A stretch of 64,000 bases of DNA from Thermoanaerobaculia bacterium (GTDB lineage: Bacteria > Acidobacteriota > Thermoanaerobaculia > UBA5066), in the NCBI GenBank assembly GCA_035542215.1, contig DATKLW010000173.1:1717-65716 (forward strand), given 5' to 3'. The position numbers were made by a program, and so were the translations under genes. The notes beneath the pieces are model-generated. The model had not been told where the DNA came from, made no database searches, and saw only the letters and a list, made by a program, of their open reading frames with translations. The first letter of the stretch is position 1. Every line of letters begins with the position of its first letter. Shown one piece after another: positions 53,039 through 61,592 of this stretch.

Positions 53039-54910
53039 ATGCGCCACGCCCGCGCCCTGGCCGCCGCAGCCGCCGCCCTTCTTCTCTTCTTCTCATTCGG
53101 AGACATTTCCCGCGCCGCCTCCCCCGCCCCGGTGCAGCCGGAGAAGACCGCCGTCGTCGTCACGGCGGTCCAGGACCTGTTCACGCGGCCGGACGAGACG
53201 TCGAGCGTCGACGACCAGGCGATCCTCGGCGACCGCCTGACCGTCCTCGAGGACGCCGCGGGCTTCGCGAAGGTCCGGACGGCCGCCGGCGAGATCGCGT
53301 GGATTCCCGAGCGGGCGCTCCGCCGCGGCGCCGGCGCGGAGGCGCCCGCGAAGGACGCCAGGTTCGCGCGCGTGACGTCGAATTTTGCGCACATTTACGC
53401 GAGCCCGTCCTTCACGAAGCAGAAGCCGCTTCTCACGGCCCCGGTCGGGGCAAGGATGGAAGTCGGAGATTTCTTAGAAGGTGAAGAGAACCGGGCGAAT
53501 GGGCCGGGCCGAGCGAGTGACGCCTTCTCCTGGGTGAAGGTCCGTCTGCCGGATGCGCGCAACGGTTTCGTCGCCGCACGCGACGTCTCCCTCTTCCCTT
53601 TCAAAGAAAATTCTTCTCTTTCTCTTCCTCTCGGTTCTCCGTCCGACTGGATCGCGTTCGGAAAGCGCTTCCTCGGCGCGCCGTACACGTGGGGAGGGAC
53701 GACGCCGCTCGGATTCGACTGCTCCGGGCTGATGACGCGGATCTTCTCCGAGCACGGCGTGACGCTGCGCCGCAACAGCTACGAGCAGGCGTTCCAGGAC
53801 CCGCAGCTCGTGCCCGTCGCGTTCGAAAAGCTCCGCCCCGGCGATCTCCTCTTCTTCGGCACGGAGGACAAGATCGACCACGAGGCGATGTGGATCGGGG
53901 ACGGCACCGTCCTCCAGGCCACGCGGAACAACGTTCCGGGCGTGCAGGTCACGCCGTTCGACAGCCCGTTCCTGAAACCGCGTTTTCGCTATGCCCGGCG
54001 GCTCAAGAAGACCGAAGAGAAGATTTCTTCGAAAGGTGAAGAGAGCGGCGGGCCGCGCCTCGACGCCGCGAAGGTGCGCCGGCTCGAATCCACACTCGAA
54101 GAAATCTCCCGCGCCAGCGGGGCTCGCTTCGGCATCTGGTTCAAGGACCTTTCGACAGGTCTTTCACTTTCCCAGAATCCCTCACTGGTCATGCACGCCG
54201 CCTCCACGATGAAGACGCCCGTCCTCCTCGAGCTCCTCCGCCGTGTGGACGCGGGAACGGTGAAGCTCTCGGACGAGCTGCCCGTGAAGAACGAGTTCAA
54301 GAGTCTCGTCGACGGTTCGCCGTTCTCGATCGGCCTCGAGGAGAACGACGGCCCGACCGCGGCATACCTCGGGAAGAGCGCCACGATCGGATTTCTCGCG
54401 CGGGAGATGATCGTCCGCTCCTCCAATCTCGCGACGGACATTCTTCTCGCGTTCCTCGGGCCGGCCGACGTCCAGAAGTTCACGGACGAGCTCGGCGCGC
54501 CGACCGTGAAGGTGCGACGCGGCGTCGAGGACCTCAAGGCTTTCGAGAAAGGGCTGAACAACGAGACGGACGCGGCCGGGATGGGCGCCGTGATGGAAGC
54601 CGTCGTCCGGACGCCGAAGCTCTCGGCGGCGGCGAAGGCGAAGGCGTGGGAGATTCTCGCCGGACAGACGTTCAACGAGGAGATTCCGGCGGGCCTCCAC
54701 CCGCAGTCGGGCGCCGTCGTCGCACACAAGACGGGGACGATGTCGACGTCTCAGCACGACGCCGCGATCGTCCGCCTGCCGGACGGCCGCGAATATGTCC
54801 TCGTCCTCCTCGCGAACGACTTCGGCGCGACCGAGGCGGGCCGTGAAAGGGTCTACGCCGCGGCGCGGAAGATGTCGCGGGCGGTCTGGGAGGCCATGAT
54901 CGCGCCCTGA
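53039..54910 (+). CDS. secreted SH3-like + NlpC/P60 peptidase + class-A beta-lactamase-like serine hydrolase fusion
   Basis: The signal peptide ends RAAS. The NlpC/P60 domain carries APYTWGGTTPLGFDCSGLM...DHEAMWIGDG. The C-terminal domain carries ASTMK (SxxK), SSN and HKTGT. Confidence 0.85.
   Translation: MRHARALAAAAAALLLFFSFGDISRAASPAPVQPEKTAVVVTAVQDLFTRPDETSSVDDQAILGDRLTVLEDAAGFAKVRTAAGEIAWIPERALRRGAGAEAPAKDARFARVTSNFAHIYASPSFTKQKPLLTAPVGARMEVGDFLEGEENRANGPGRASDAFSWVKVRLPDARNGFVAARDVSLFPFKENSSLSLPLGSPSDWIAFGKRFLGAPYTWGGTTPLGFDCSGLMTRIFSEHGVTLRRNSYEQAFQDPQLVPVAFEKLRPGDLLFFGTEDKIDHEAMWIGDGTVLQATRNNVPGVQVTPFDSPFLKPRFRYARRLKKTEEKISSKGEESGGPRLDAAKVRRLESTLEEISRASGARFGIWFKDLSTGLSLSQNPSLVMHAASTMKTPVLLELLRRVDAGTVKLSDELPVKNEFKSLVDGSPFSIGLEENDGPTAAYLGKSATIGFLAREMIVRSSNLATDILLAFLGPADVQKFTDELGAPTVKVRRGVEDLKAFEKGLNNETDAAGMGAVMEAVVRTPKLSAAAKAKAWEILAGQTFNEEIPAGLHPQSGAVVAHKTGTMSTSQHDAAIVRLPDGREYVLVLLANDFGATEAGRERVYAAARKMSRAVWEAMIAP
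53468..53632. repeat. inverted pair of the dispersed motif inside the SH3-NlpC/P60 gene (arms 53468-53490 and 53591-53632)
   Basis: The arms are GATTTCTTAGAAGGTGAAGAGAA and CTCTTCCCTTTCAAAGAAAATTCTTCTCTTTCTCTTCCTCTC. Confidence 0.8.
54015..54046. repeat. single copy of the dispersed motif at the NlpC/P60 - beta-lactamase-like domain junction
   Basis: GAAGAGAAGATTTCTTCGAAAGGTGAAGAGAG, translated EEKISSKGEES. Confidence 0.75.
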
Positions 54911-55870
54911 TTGGTTGGCGGCGCGACAGCGTCGCGGCGGGCGTTCGTCTACGCTCCGTCCGTGACCAAGGCCTCCCCCGCGCGCCTCTCGCGCGTCTGG
55001 TTCGCGCTCGTCGTCGTGTACGTCGTCTGGGGCTCGACGTACCTCGCGATCCGCTGGTCCCTCGAGACGATCCCGCCGTTCACGATGGCCTCGGTCCGCT
55101 ACCTCGTCGCGGGATCCCTCCTCCTGGCCTGGGCGAAATCCCGCGGCGCGCCGCGCATCGCGCTCTCCGACCTACGGCCCGCGTTCGTCACGGGCGGGCT
55201 GATGCTCCTCTGCGGGAACGGCGGCGTCGTCTGGGCCGAGCAGCGCCTCACCTCCGGCCTCGCGGCGCTCCTCGTCGCGGTCGAGCCCCTCTTCATCGTC
55301 CTCCTCCAGGCGACGCTTCCGCAGGAGAGGCGCCGCCCCTCGGGCCGCGCCCTCGTCGGCGTCGCGCTCGGCGTCGCCGGCGTCATCCTCCTCGTCGGGC
55401 CGTCGGACTTCGGGGGTGTGCGGGTCGATCTCGGCGGCGCCGCGGCCGTCCTGTTCGCGGCGGTCGCCTGGGCGCTCGGCTCGCTCCTTTCCCGGCACCA
55501 TGCGCCCCCGGCGTCGCCCCTGCAGGCGACCGCCCTCCAGATGCTCGCGGGGGGAGTCCTCCTCGGGGGCTTCTCCGCGGTGCTGGGAGAGTGGTCCCGG
55601 TTCTCGCCCGCGCTCGTGTCGGCGAAGTCCGTGGCCTCCGTCGCCTACCTCGTCGTCTTCGGATCGCTCGTCGCGTTCACGGCGTACATCTGGCTGCTCC
55701 GGGCCGCATCTCCGACCCTCGTCTCGACGTACGCGTTCGTGAACCCGGTCGTGGCGGTCTTCCTCGGATGGCTCCTCGCCTCCGAGCCCGTCTCCGCGCG
55801 GACTCTCGCCGCCGCCGCCGTGATCGTCGGCGCGGTCGTCCTCATCACGCTCGGCGAGTCGCGCGAGTGA
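54911..55870 (+). CDS. EamA/DMT-family transporter
   Basis: 10-TM pattern with WGSTYLAIRW. The start is uncertain: TTG 54911 or in-frame GTG 54962. Confidence 0.8.
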   Translation: MVGGATASRRAFVYAPSVTKASPARLSRVWFALVVVYVVWGSTYLAIRWSLETIPPFTMASVRYLVAGSLLLAWAKSRGAPRIALSDLRPAFVTGGLMLLCGNGGVVWAEQRLTSGLAALLVAVEPLFIVLLQATLPQERRRPSGRALVGVALGVAGVILLVGPSDFGGVRVDLGGAAAVLFAAVAWALGSLLSRHHAPPASPLQATALQMLAGGVLLGGFSAVLGEWSRFSPALVSAKSVASVAYLVVFGSLVAFTAYIWLLRAASPTLVSTYAFVNPVVAVFLGWLLASEPVSARTLAAAAVIVGAVVLITLGESRE

Positions 55871-55915
55871 GCGCCTGAGATAAGATCTCAAAAAGACCCG
55901 GAAAAAGGAGTTTCG

Positions 55916-56383
55916 ATGAAGAAGACCCTCGTGGCCTGTCTCCTCGCGTGTCTCGTCCTTCCGGCCGCCGCCTTCGCCGCGGACCCGGCTCCGAAGCACG
56001 GCCTACAGGCCGTCGACACCGCGTGGGTCAAGGCGATGCTCGCGAACGACGCGGCGGCCTGCGCCGCGCTCTATGCGGACGACGCAATCCTCGTTCTTCC
56101 GGGCTCCGCCGCGATCAAGGGCAAGAAGGCGATCGCCGAGGCTTACTCCGGCTGGCTCAAGGACGTCAAGGTCACGGAGGCCGTGCTCATGGACACGCGC
56201 TACCGCTCGGCCGGGCACGTTTCGGCGGGCTGGGGCGCCTTCAAGGTGACGACGGTGCCGAAGGCGGGCGGAGCGCCTACGACCGAGGTCGGGACGTGGT
56301 GCGCCGTCGCGGTCGAGAAGGACGGCGTCTGGAAGTACGCCTCCGATCACGCCTCGGACGATCCGGCGCCCGCGAAGAAGTAG
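55916..56383 (+). CDS. secreted NTF2-like (SnoaL/DUF4440-like) protein
   Basis: Signal peptide MKKTLVACLLACLVLPAAAFA. Motif DTAWVKAMLANDAAACAALYADDAILVLPG. Confidence 0.65.
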   Translation: MKKTLVACLLACLVLPAAAFAADPAPKHGLQAVDTAWVKAMLANDAAACAALYADDAILVLPGSAAIKGKKAIAEAYSGWLKDVKVTEAVLMDTRYRSAGHVSAGWGAFKVTTVPKAGGAPTTEVGTWCAVAVEKDGVWKYASDHASDDPAPAKK

Positions 56384-56956
56384 CTACTCGATCGCTTCGC
56401 CGGCGCGCGCCTTCGCGAGGTACTCGGCGGCCCCGTCCGGCCACGAGAGGGACCCGCGCGCCTGCGAGGCGAGCTTGCCGTTCGCCGAGAAGAACATCGT
56501 CTCGTTCGGGCGCTTCGAGTTCAGCTTCGTCGTCGCGTCGCCCGACGGGTCGAGGACGAGCGTGTCGGGGAACGGCGGGACGAGGTTCTTCGACTTGAGC
56601 CATGCGTCGAGCGTCGCGAAATCCCGGTCGTGCGCGATCAGGACGAACTCGACGTCCTTGTCGTTCCGGAGCGCCTCCTGCTGGAGGAAGATCCCGGCGA
56701 GCTCGTCCGAGGCGCCCGGCGCCGCCGTCGAGAAGAAGTGCAGGACGAGCGTGTGGCCGGGCTGGCCGACGAGGTTCCGGCTCTTCCCCGAGCGCGTCTC
56801 GACGATGAGACGGCCGCCCGCGTCGAGGTTCAGGATCCCGTGGTCGTGGTCCGGGTGCGTCGCCGGCGTGAGCGACAGCCAGTAGGCCCAGGCCATGAGG
56901 CCGGCCACACAGACGCCGGCTGCGAGGAGAACGTTGCGGCGGCGGGATGGGGTCAT
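56384..56956 (-). CDS. membrane-anchored thioredoxin-fold (TlpA-like) protein lacking the CxxC motif
   Basis: In frame with track ORF 56384..58012. The ATG gives MTPSRRRNVLLAAGVCVAGLMAW. Where WCxPC is expected the sequence is LVLHFFSTAAPGASDE. Confidence 0.6.
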   Translation of the reverse strand: MTPSRRRNVLLAAGVCVAGLMAWAYWLSLTPATHPDHDHGILNLDAGGRLIVETRSGKSRNLVGQPGHTLVLHFFSTAAPGASDELAGIFLQQEALRNDKDVEFVLIAHDRDFATLDAWLKSKNLVPPFPDTLVLDPSGDATTKLNSKRPNETMFFSANGKLASQARGSLSWPDGAAEYLAKARAGEAIE

Positions 56957-57870
56957 GGGTTGCTCCCGGGATCCGGCTCGCGCCGGACGTCCGTCTCTGT
57001 CTCGACGTTGAAGCGCCTCAGGTTCATGAACGTGGCCCGGAAGGACGTGTCGAGGCGGAAGAACACCGCCGTCTTTCCCGTCACGCGGAAATCCACCGCG
57101 CAGGGAAACCAGAGGCCGCCGCCGATGGACTGCCCCGTGTACGACACCTCCGCGTCCTTCACGTTGGCGGCGAGGCCGCCCGCAATTCTGACCGGGCGCG
57201 TCAGGCGTGCCTCGACGGACCGGATCTGGAACGTGGCGGCGTCGATCACGGCCCGGCCCTCGAGGGCGTTCAGCGCGCGGTCCCCGAGCCCTTTCGGAGC
57301 GGGTGCCGAGGGGTTGGGGGAGAAGTCGAGGACGTAGGCGGGCCGTCCCTCGATGACCTCTTCTCCCACGATGCGGATCGTATACCGGCCCACGAGCTCC
57401 GAGAGGCGCCGTGACCCGACGAGGGGGTCGTCTTCGTCGCCCGTGACGCGCGGCGGCGCCTTCGCCTGCGCCTCGGCCTTCTGCTCGACCCGGCGCTTCC
57501 GGCCCTTCTCGTCCTCCGCCGCCGCTTTCGACTTCTCCTTTTCCGTCGCCGGACGCCCGTCGACCTCGACGAGCTCGCGCGTCGCCTCGGCGCCGTTCTC
57601 GCCCGCGAGGACGTAAAAAAGCCGGGACTCGGCCTTCTCGGGGCGCCCCTTCGCCCCCCAGGTGATCTGGACCTCGCGCTGGTCGTACGTCGCGCCCGCG
57701 AAGGCCGATTCGACCCGCTGCTGGCTCTTCACGACACGTCGAATCAGCTCGAGAGGGTCGATCCCGGACGTTTCCGGAGGCGGGAGGGAGGACGCGGTCC
57801 CACCCGTCGCGGGCCCCGCGGCGAGCGCGAGAGCGAATCCTGCGACCGCGACGGGACGGAAGACTCTCAC
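56953..57870 (-). CDS. hypothetical secreted protein
   Basis: In frame with track ORF 56953..57972. GTG 57868-57870 gives VRVFRPVAVAGFALALAAG. A longer start would overlap the divergent gene at 57938. Confidence 0.55.
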   Translation of the reverse strand: MRVFRPVAVAGFALALAAGPATGGTASSLPPPETSGIDPLELIRRVVKSQQRVESAFAGATYDQREVQITWGAKGRPEKAESRLFYVLAGENGAEATRELVEVDGRPATEKEKSKAAAEDEKGRKRRVEQKAEAQAKAPPRVTGDEDDPLVGSRRLSELVGRYTIRIVGEEVIEGRPAYVLDFSPNPSAPAPKGLGDRALNALEGRAVIDAATFQIRSVEARLTRPVRIAGGLAANVKDAEVSYTGQSIGGGLWFPCAVDFRVTGKTAVFFRLDTSFRATFMNLRRFNVETETDVRREPDPGSNP

Positions 57871-57937
57871 CCCCGGAAGGATACGGCCGTCCCGCAATGG
57901 TCCGATTTCGGTACGATCGGGGGACAAGGGAGAGCGG

Positions 57938-58843
57938 ATGCGCGTCATCGTCACCGGCGGGACCGGCTTCATCGGGCCGAAGCTGTGCGAACGGCTCGTC
58001 TCGCGCGGGCACGACGTGATCGCCCTGACGCGCGACGCCTCGCGTTCACGGGATCACGTGCACCCGAAGGTGCGCGTCGCCTCGTGGGCCGAGGGCGCGG
58101 CCTGGGAAGGCTTCGTCGACGGCGCCGGCGCCCTCGTCAACCTCGCGGGCGAGACGATCGCCCAGCGCTGGACGGCCGCCGCGAAGGCTCGGATCGTCCG
58201 GAGCCGCCTGAACGCGGCGGAGCGTCTGAGAGCCGCCGTGGAGAAGGCCGCGGTCAAGCCCGCCACGCTCGTGAACGCGTCGGCCGTCGGTTTCTACGGC
58301 CCTCGCGGCGACGAGCTTCTCGCCGAGGACGCGCCGGCGGGAGACGACTTCCTCGCGAAGGTCTGCGTGGACTGGGAGGCGGCCGCGCGCACCCTCGAGC
58401 CCCTCGGGATCCGGGTCGCGATCCTGCGGACGGGCGTCGTCCTCGGCGCCGGCGGCGGCGCCCTCGCGAAGATGCTGCCGCCGTTTCGCGCGTTCGCGGG
58501 GGGACCGCTCGGGAGCGGAAAGCAGTGGATGTCGTGGATCCACGAGGCCGACCTCGTCTCGATGTACGTCTGGGCAGTCGAGAATCCGGCCGTCTCGGGG
58601 CCCGTCAACGCGACCGCCCCGAACCCGGTCACGATGCGGGAGTTCGCGACCGCACTCGGCCGGGCGCTCCACCGTCCGAGCTTCGCGCGGGCGCCCGCCG
58701 CCGCGATCCGGCTCGCGCTCGGCGAGATGTCGACCGTCGTTCTCGACGGCCAGCGGGTCGTGCCGAAGAAGGCGCTCGATCTCGGATTCACGTTCGGGTT
58801 CACGGACGTCCTCGCCGCGCTGAAGGACGTCGTCGGAGACTGA
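57938..58843 (+). CDS. YfcH/TIGR01777-type epimerase family protein (SDR fold + DUF1731)
   Basis: Motifs MRVIVTGGTGFIGPKL, GSGKQWMSWIH and FTFGFTD. Confidence 0.85.
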   Translation: MRVIVTGGTGFIGPKLCERLVSRGHDVIALTRDASRSRDHVHPKVRVASWAEGAAWEGFVDGAGALVNLAGETIAQRWTAAAKARIVRSRLNAAERLRAAVEKAAVKPATLVNASAVGFYGPRGDELLAEDAPAGDDFLAKVCVDWEAAARTLEPLGIRVAILRTGVVLGAGGGALAKMLPPFRAFAGGPLGSGKQWMSWIHEADLVSMYVWAVENPAVSGPVNATAPNPVTMREFATALGRALHRPSFARAPAAAIRLALGEMSTVVLDGQRVVPKKALDLGFTFGFTDVLAALKDVVGD

Positions 58844-61110
58844 TGGCGCTCATCGGCCGCAGCGTTCCCCGGCCGGACGGGCTCGCGAAAGTCACGGGCC
58901 GCGCGCGATATGTCGACGACGTCGCCGAGCCCGGGGTCCTCGTCGGCGCCACCCTGCGCAGCACCGTCGCGCGCGGGCGCCTGCGCGGCATCGTCCGGGA
59001 TCCCTCGTTCGACTGGTCCGGCCTGACCGTCGTCACGGCCGAGAACGTCCCCGCGAACGTCGTCGCGCTCATCGAGGAGGACCAGCCCGTCCTCGCGTCG
59101 GACGACGTGCGGCACGCGGGCGAGCCGCTCGCGCTCGTCGCCGGCGAGGACGCGCTCCGCGTCGCGCGCGCCCTCTCCCACCTGCGGGCGGACATCGAGC
59201 CGCTGCCGCCGGTCCTCACCGTGGCCGACGCGCTCCAACGCACGGCGCAGATCTACGGGTCGGACAACGTCTTCCGGACGGTCCGGATCGCGAAAGGGGA
59301 CGCGGCCGCCGCGATCGCGTCCTGCCCGGTCCAGCTCTCGGGGACCTACGCGACGCCCCACCAGGAGCACGTTTACCTCGAGCCGCAGGGTGTCCGCGCG
59401 TCCTGGGACGGGAACGGCGGCGCGCACGTCCTCTCCTCGTGCCAGTGCCCCTACTACATCCACAAGGGCATCAAGCGGACCTTCGGGCTGACGGACGAGC
59501 GTGTGGACGTGACGCAAGCCGTCACGGGCGGCGGCTTCGGCGGCAAGGAGGAATACCCGACGATCCTCGCGCTGCACGCGCTTCTCCTCGCGCGCGCGAG
59601 CGGCCGGCCCGTGAAGATGATCTACGACCGCAAAGAGGACATCGAGGCGACGACGAAACGCCATCCGTCCGTCGTCACGGTCACCTCGGGCTGCGACCGC
59701 GACGGCACGCTCCGCGCGGTCTCGATCCGGGTCATCCTCGACGGCGGCGCCTACGTGACGCTCTCCCCCGTCGTCCTTTCGCGCGGGGCCCTTCACGCCG
59801 CGGGCGCGTACCGCTGGGAGCACGTGTCGATCGAGGCGCAGGCCGTGGCGACGAACACGCCGCCGAACGGCGCGTTCCGGGGCTTCGGCGCGCCCCAGAC
59901 GATCTGGGCGATCGAACGCCACATGGACCGCATTGCGCGCACGCTCCGCATCGACCCGCTCGCCCTCCGCGAAAGGAACCTTCTCCGTGTCGGCGACACG
60001 ACGCCCACCGGCCAGTTCCTGAAGGAGTCCGTCGGCGTCGCGCGCTGCGTCGAGGAGGCGAAGAAGGCGAGCCGGTGGGACGAGAAGCGCCGCGTGGCCG
60101 CGGGGGCGCCCCCCGCCGGCGCCTCCGGGATGTTCCGCCTCCCGCCCCCGGGCGCCGTGGCCGCGCGCAAGGCCCGGGGCGTCGGCGCGAGCGTCTATCT
60201 GCACGGCGCCGGCTTCACGGGCTCCGGCGAGCTCGCGCACCGGGCGCGCGTCGCCGTCGACCTCTTCAGCGACGCGGCCGGGAAGCCGCGATTCCGGATT
60301 CGCGGCGCCTCGACGGACATCGGGCAGGGCACGGAAACCGTCTTCCGCCAGATCGCGGCCGAAGCCCTGTGGGTGTCGATGGACCGCGTCGACTTCACGA
60401 CGCCGTCGACCGCGCACGTCCCCGACTCGGGTCCGACCGTCGCGTCGCGCACCGTCATGATCGTCGGCGGCGTCGTCGAGGCCGCCGCGCGCGCTCTCTT
60501 TGCCCTCATCGAGGGCGACCGGCAGGAGAAGGGCGGCTCGTTCGAAGACGCGGCCCGCCGCCTCCTCGGCGAGCACGGAAGCCTCACGGTCGAGCGGGAG
60601 TACGAACCGCCGCCGGGACACGCGTGGGACGACGCGACGTACCGCGGCGACGCGTACCCTGTCTACGGCTGGGGCTGCGCGATCGCGGAAGTCGAGGTGG
60701 ACCTCGACACCTTCGAGACGACGGTCCTCAGCCTCTGGAGCGCGCACGACGTCGGCAAGGCGATCCACCCGGTGAACTGCAAGGGCCAGATCGAAGGCGG
60801 CCTCCTGCAGGCCGTCGGCTGGGCTCTCCAGGAGAACGTCGTGATGCGCGAGGGCCGCGTCGTGAACGCGCGCCTGACGGACTACGTGATCCCGACGATC
60901 CTCGACGCCCCGCGCTTCACGACGATCCTCGTCGAGGATCCGTACTCGCGGGGGCCCGGCGGCGGCGCGAAGGGTCTCGGCGAGCTCCCGATGGACGGCG
61001 GCGCGCCCGCGGTTGCGGCGGCCGTCGAGCACGCGACCGGGATCGTCTGCGACCGCCTCCCGCTCCTGCCCGAGGAGCTCTACGCGCTCTCGAAGGAGGT
61101 CCGGCGGTGA
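58843..61110 (+). CDS. molybdopterin-dependent hydroxylase large subunit (xanthine dehydrogenase/aldehyde oxidase family)
   Basis: The ATG overlaps the previous stop. Motifs VTGRARYVDD, VTGGGFGGKEEY and GFGAPQ. Confidence 0.9.
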   Translation: MALIGRSVPRPDGLAKVTGRARYVDDVAEPGVLVGATLRSTVARGRLRGIVRDPSFDWSGLTVVTAENVPANVVALIEEDQPVLASDDVRHAGEPLALVAGEDALRVARALSHLRADIEPLPPVLTVADALQRTAQIYGSDNVFRTVRIAKGDAAAAIASCPVQLSGTYATPHQEHVYLEPQGVRASWDGNGGAHVLSSCQCPYYIHKGIKRTFGLTDERVDVTQAVTGGGFGGKEEYPTILALHALLLARASGRPVKMIYDRKEDIEATTKRHPSVVTVTSGCDRDGTLRAVSIRVILDGGAYVTLSPVVLSRGALHAAGAYRWEHVSIEAQAVATNTPPNGAFRGFGAPQTIWAIERHMDRIARTLRIDPLALRERNLLRVGDTTPTGQFLKESVGVARCVEEAKKASRWDEKRRVAAGAPPAGASGMFRLPPPGAVAARKARGVGASVYLHGAGFTGSGELAHRARVAVDLFSDAAGKPRFRIRGASTDIGQGTETVFRQIAAEALWVSMDRVDFTTPSTAHVPDSGPTVASRTVMIVGGVVEAAARALFALIEGDRQEKGGSFEDAARRLLGEHGSLTVEREYEPPPGHAWDDATYRGDAYPVYGWGCAIAEVEVDLDTFETTVLSLWSAHDVGKAIHPVNCKGQIEGGLLQAVGWALQENVVMREGRVVNARLTDYVIPTILDAPRFTTILVEDPYSRGPGGGAKGLGELPMDGGAPAVAAAVEHATGIVCDRLPLLPEELYALSKEVRR

Positions 61111-61592
61111 AGGCGGTGAAGATTCGCTGCACGCTCAACGGCCGGCCCGTCACCGTCGAGGCGCCGCCGGCCGCGCGCCTCCTCGACGTCCTGCGCGGCC
61201 CGCTCGGGCTGACGGGCACGAAAGAGGGCTGCGGGGAAGGCGAGTGCGGCTCGTGCACGGTCCTTCTCGACGGCGCGCCCGTGAACGCCTGCCTCGTGCT
61301 CGTCGGACAGGTCGAAGGCCGCGCCGTCAGGACGGTCGAAGGCCTCGGCGACCTCGCGGACCTCTCGCCCCTCCAGGAAGCGTTCGTGAAGGAGGGCGGT
61401 TCGCAGTGCGGGATCTGCACGCCCGGCTTCCTCGTGTCGGCCGAGGCGCTCCTCGCCGCAATTCCCCAGCCGGGTGAGACGGACATCCGCGAAGCGCTCG
61501 CGGGGAATCTCTGCCGCTGCACCGGATATCAGCGCATCGTGGAGGCGGTCAAGGTCGCCTCGAAGGAACGGGCGTCGCGTGAGCCTGGCTGA
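61107..61592 (+). CDS. (2Fe-2S)-binding small subunit of Mo-hydroxylase
   Basis: The GTG overlaps the large-subunit stop. Motifs CGEGECGSCTV, CGICTPGF and LCRCTGY. Confidence 0.9.
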   Translation: MKAVKIRCTLNGRPVTVEAPPAARLLDVLRGPLGLTGTKEGCGEGECGSCTVLLDGAPVNACLVLVGQVEGRAVRTVEGLGDLADLSPLQEAFVKEGGSQCGICTPGFLVSAEALLAAIPQPGETDIREALAGNLCRCTGYQRIVEAVKVASKERASREPG

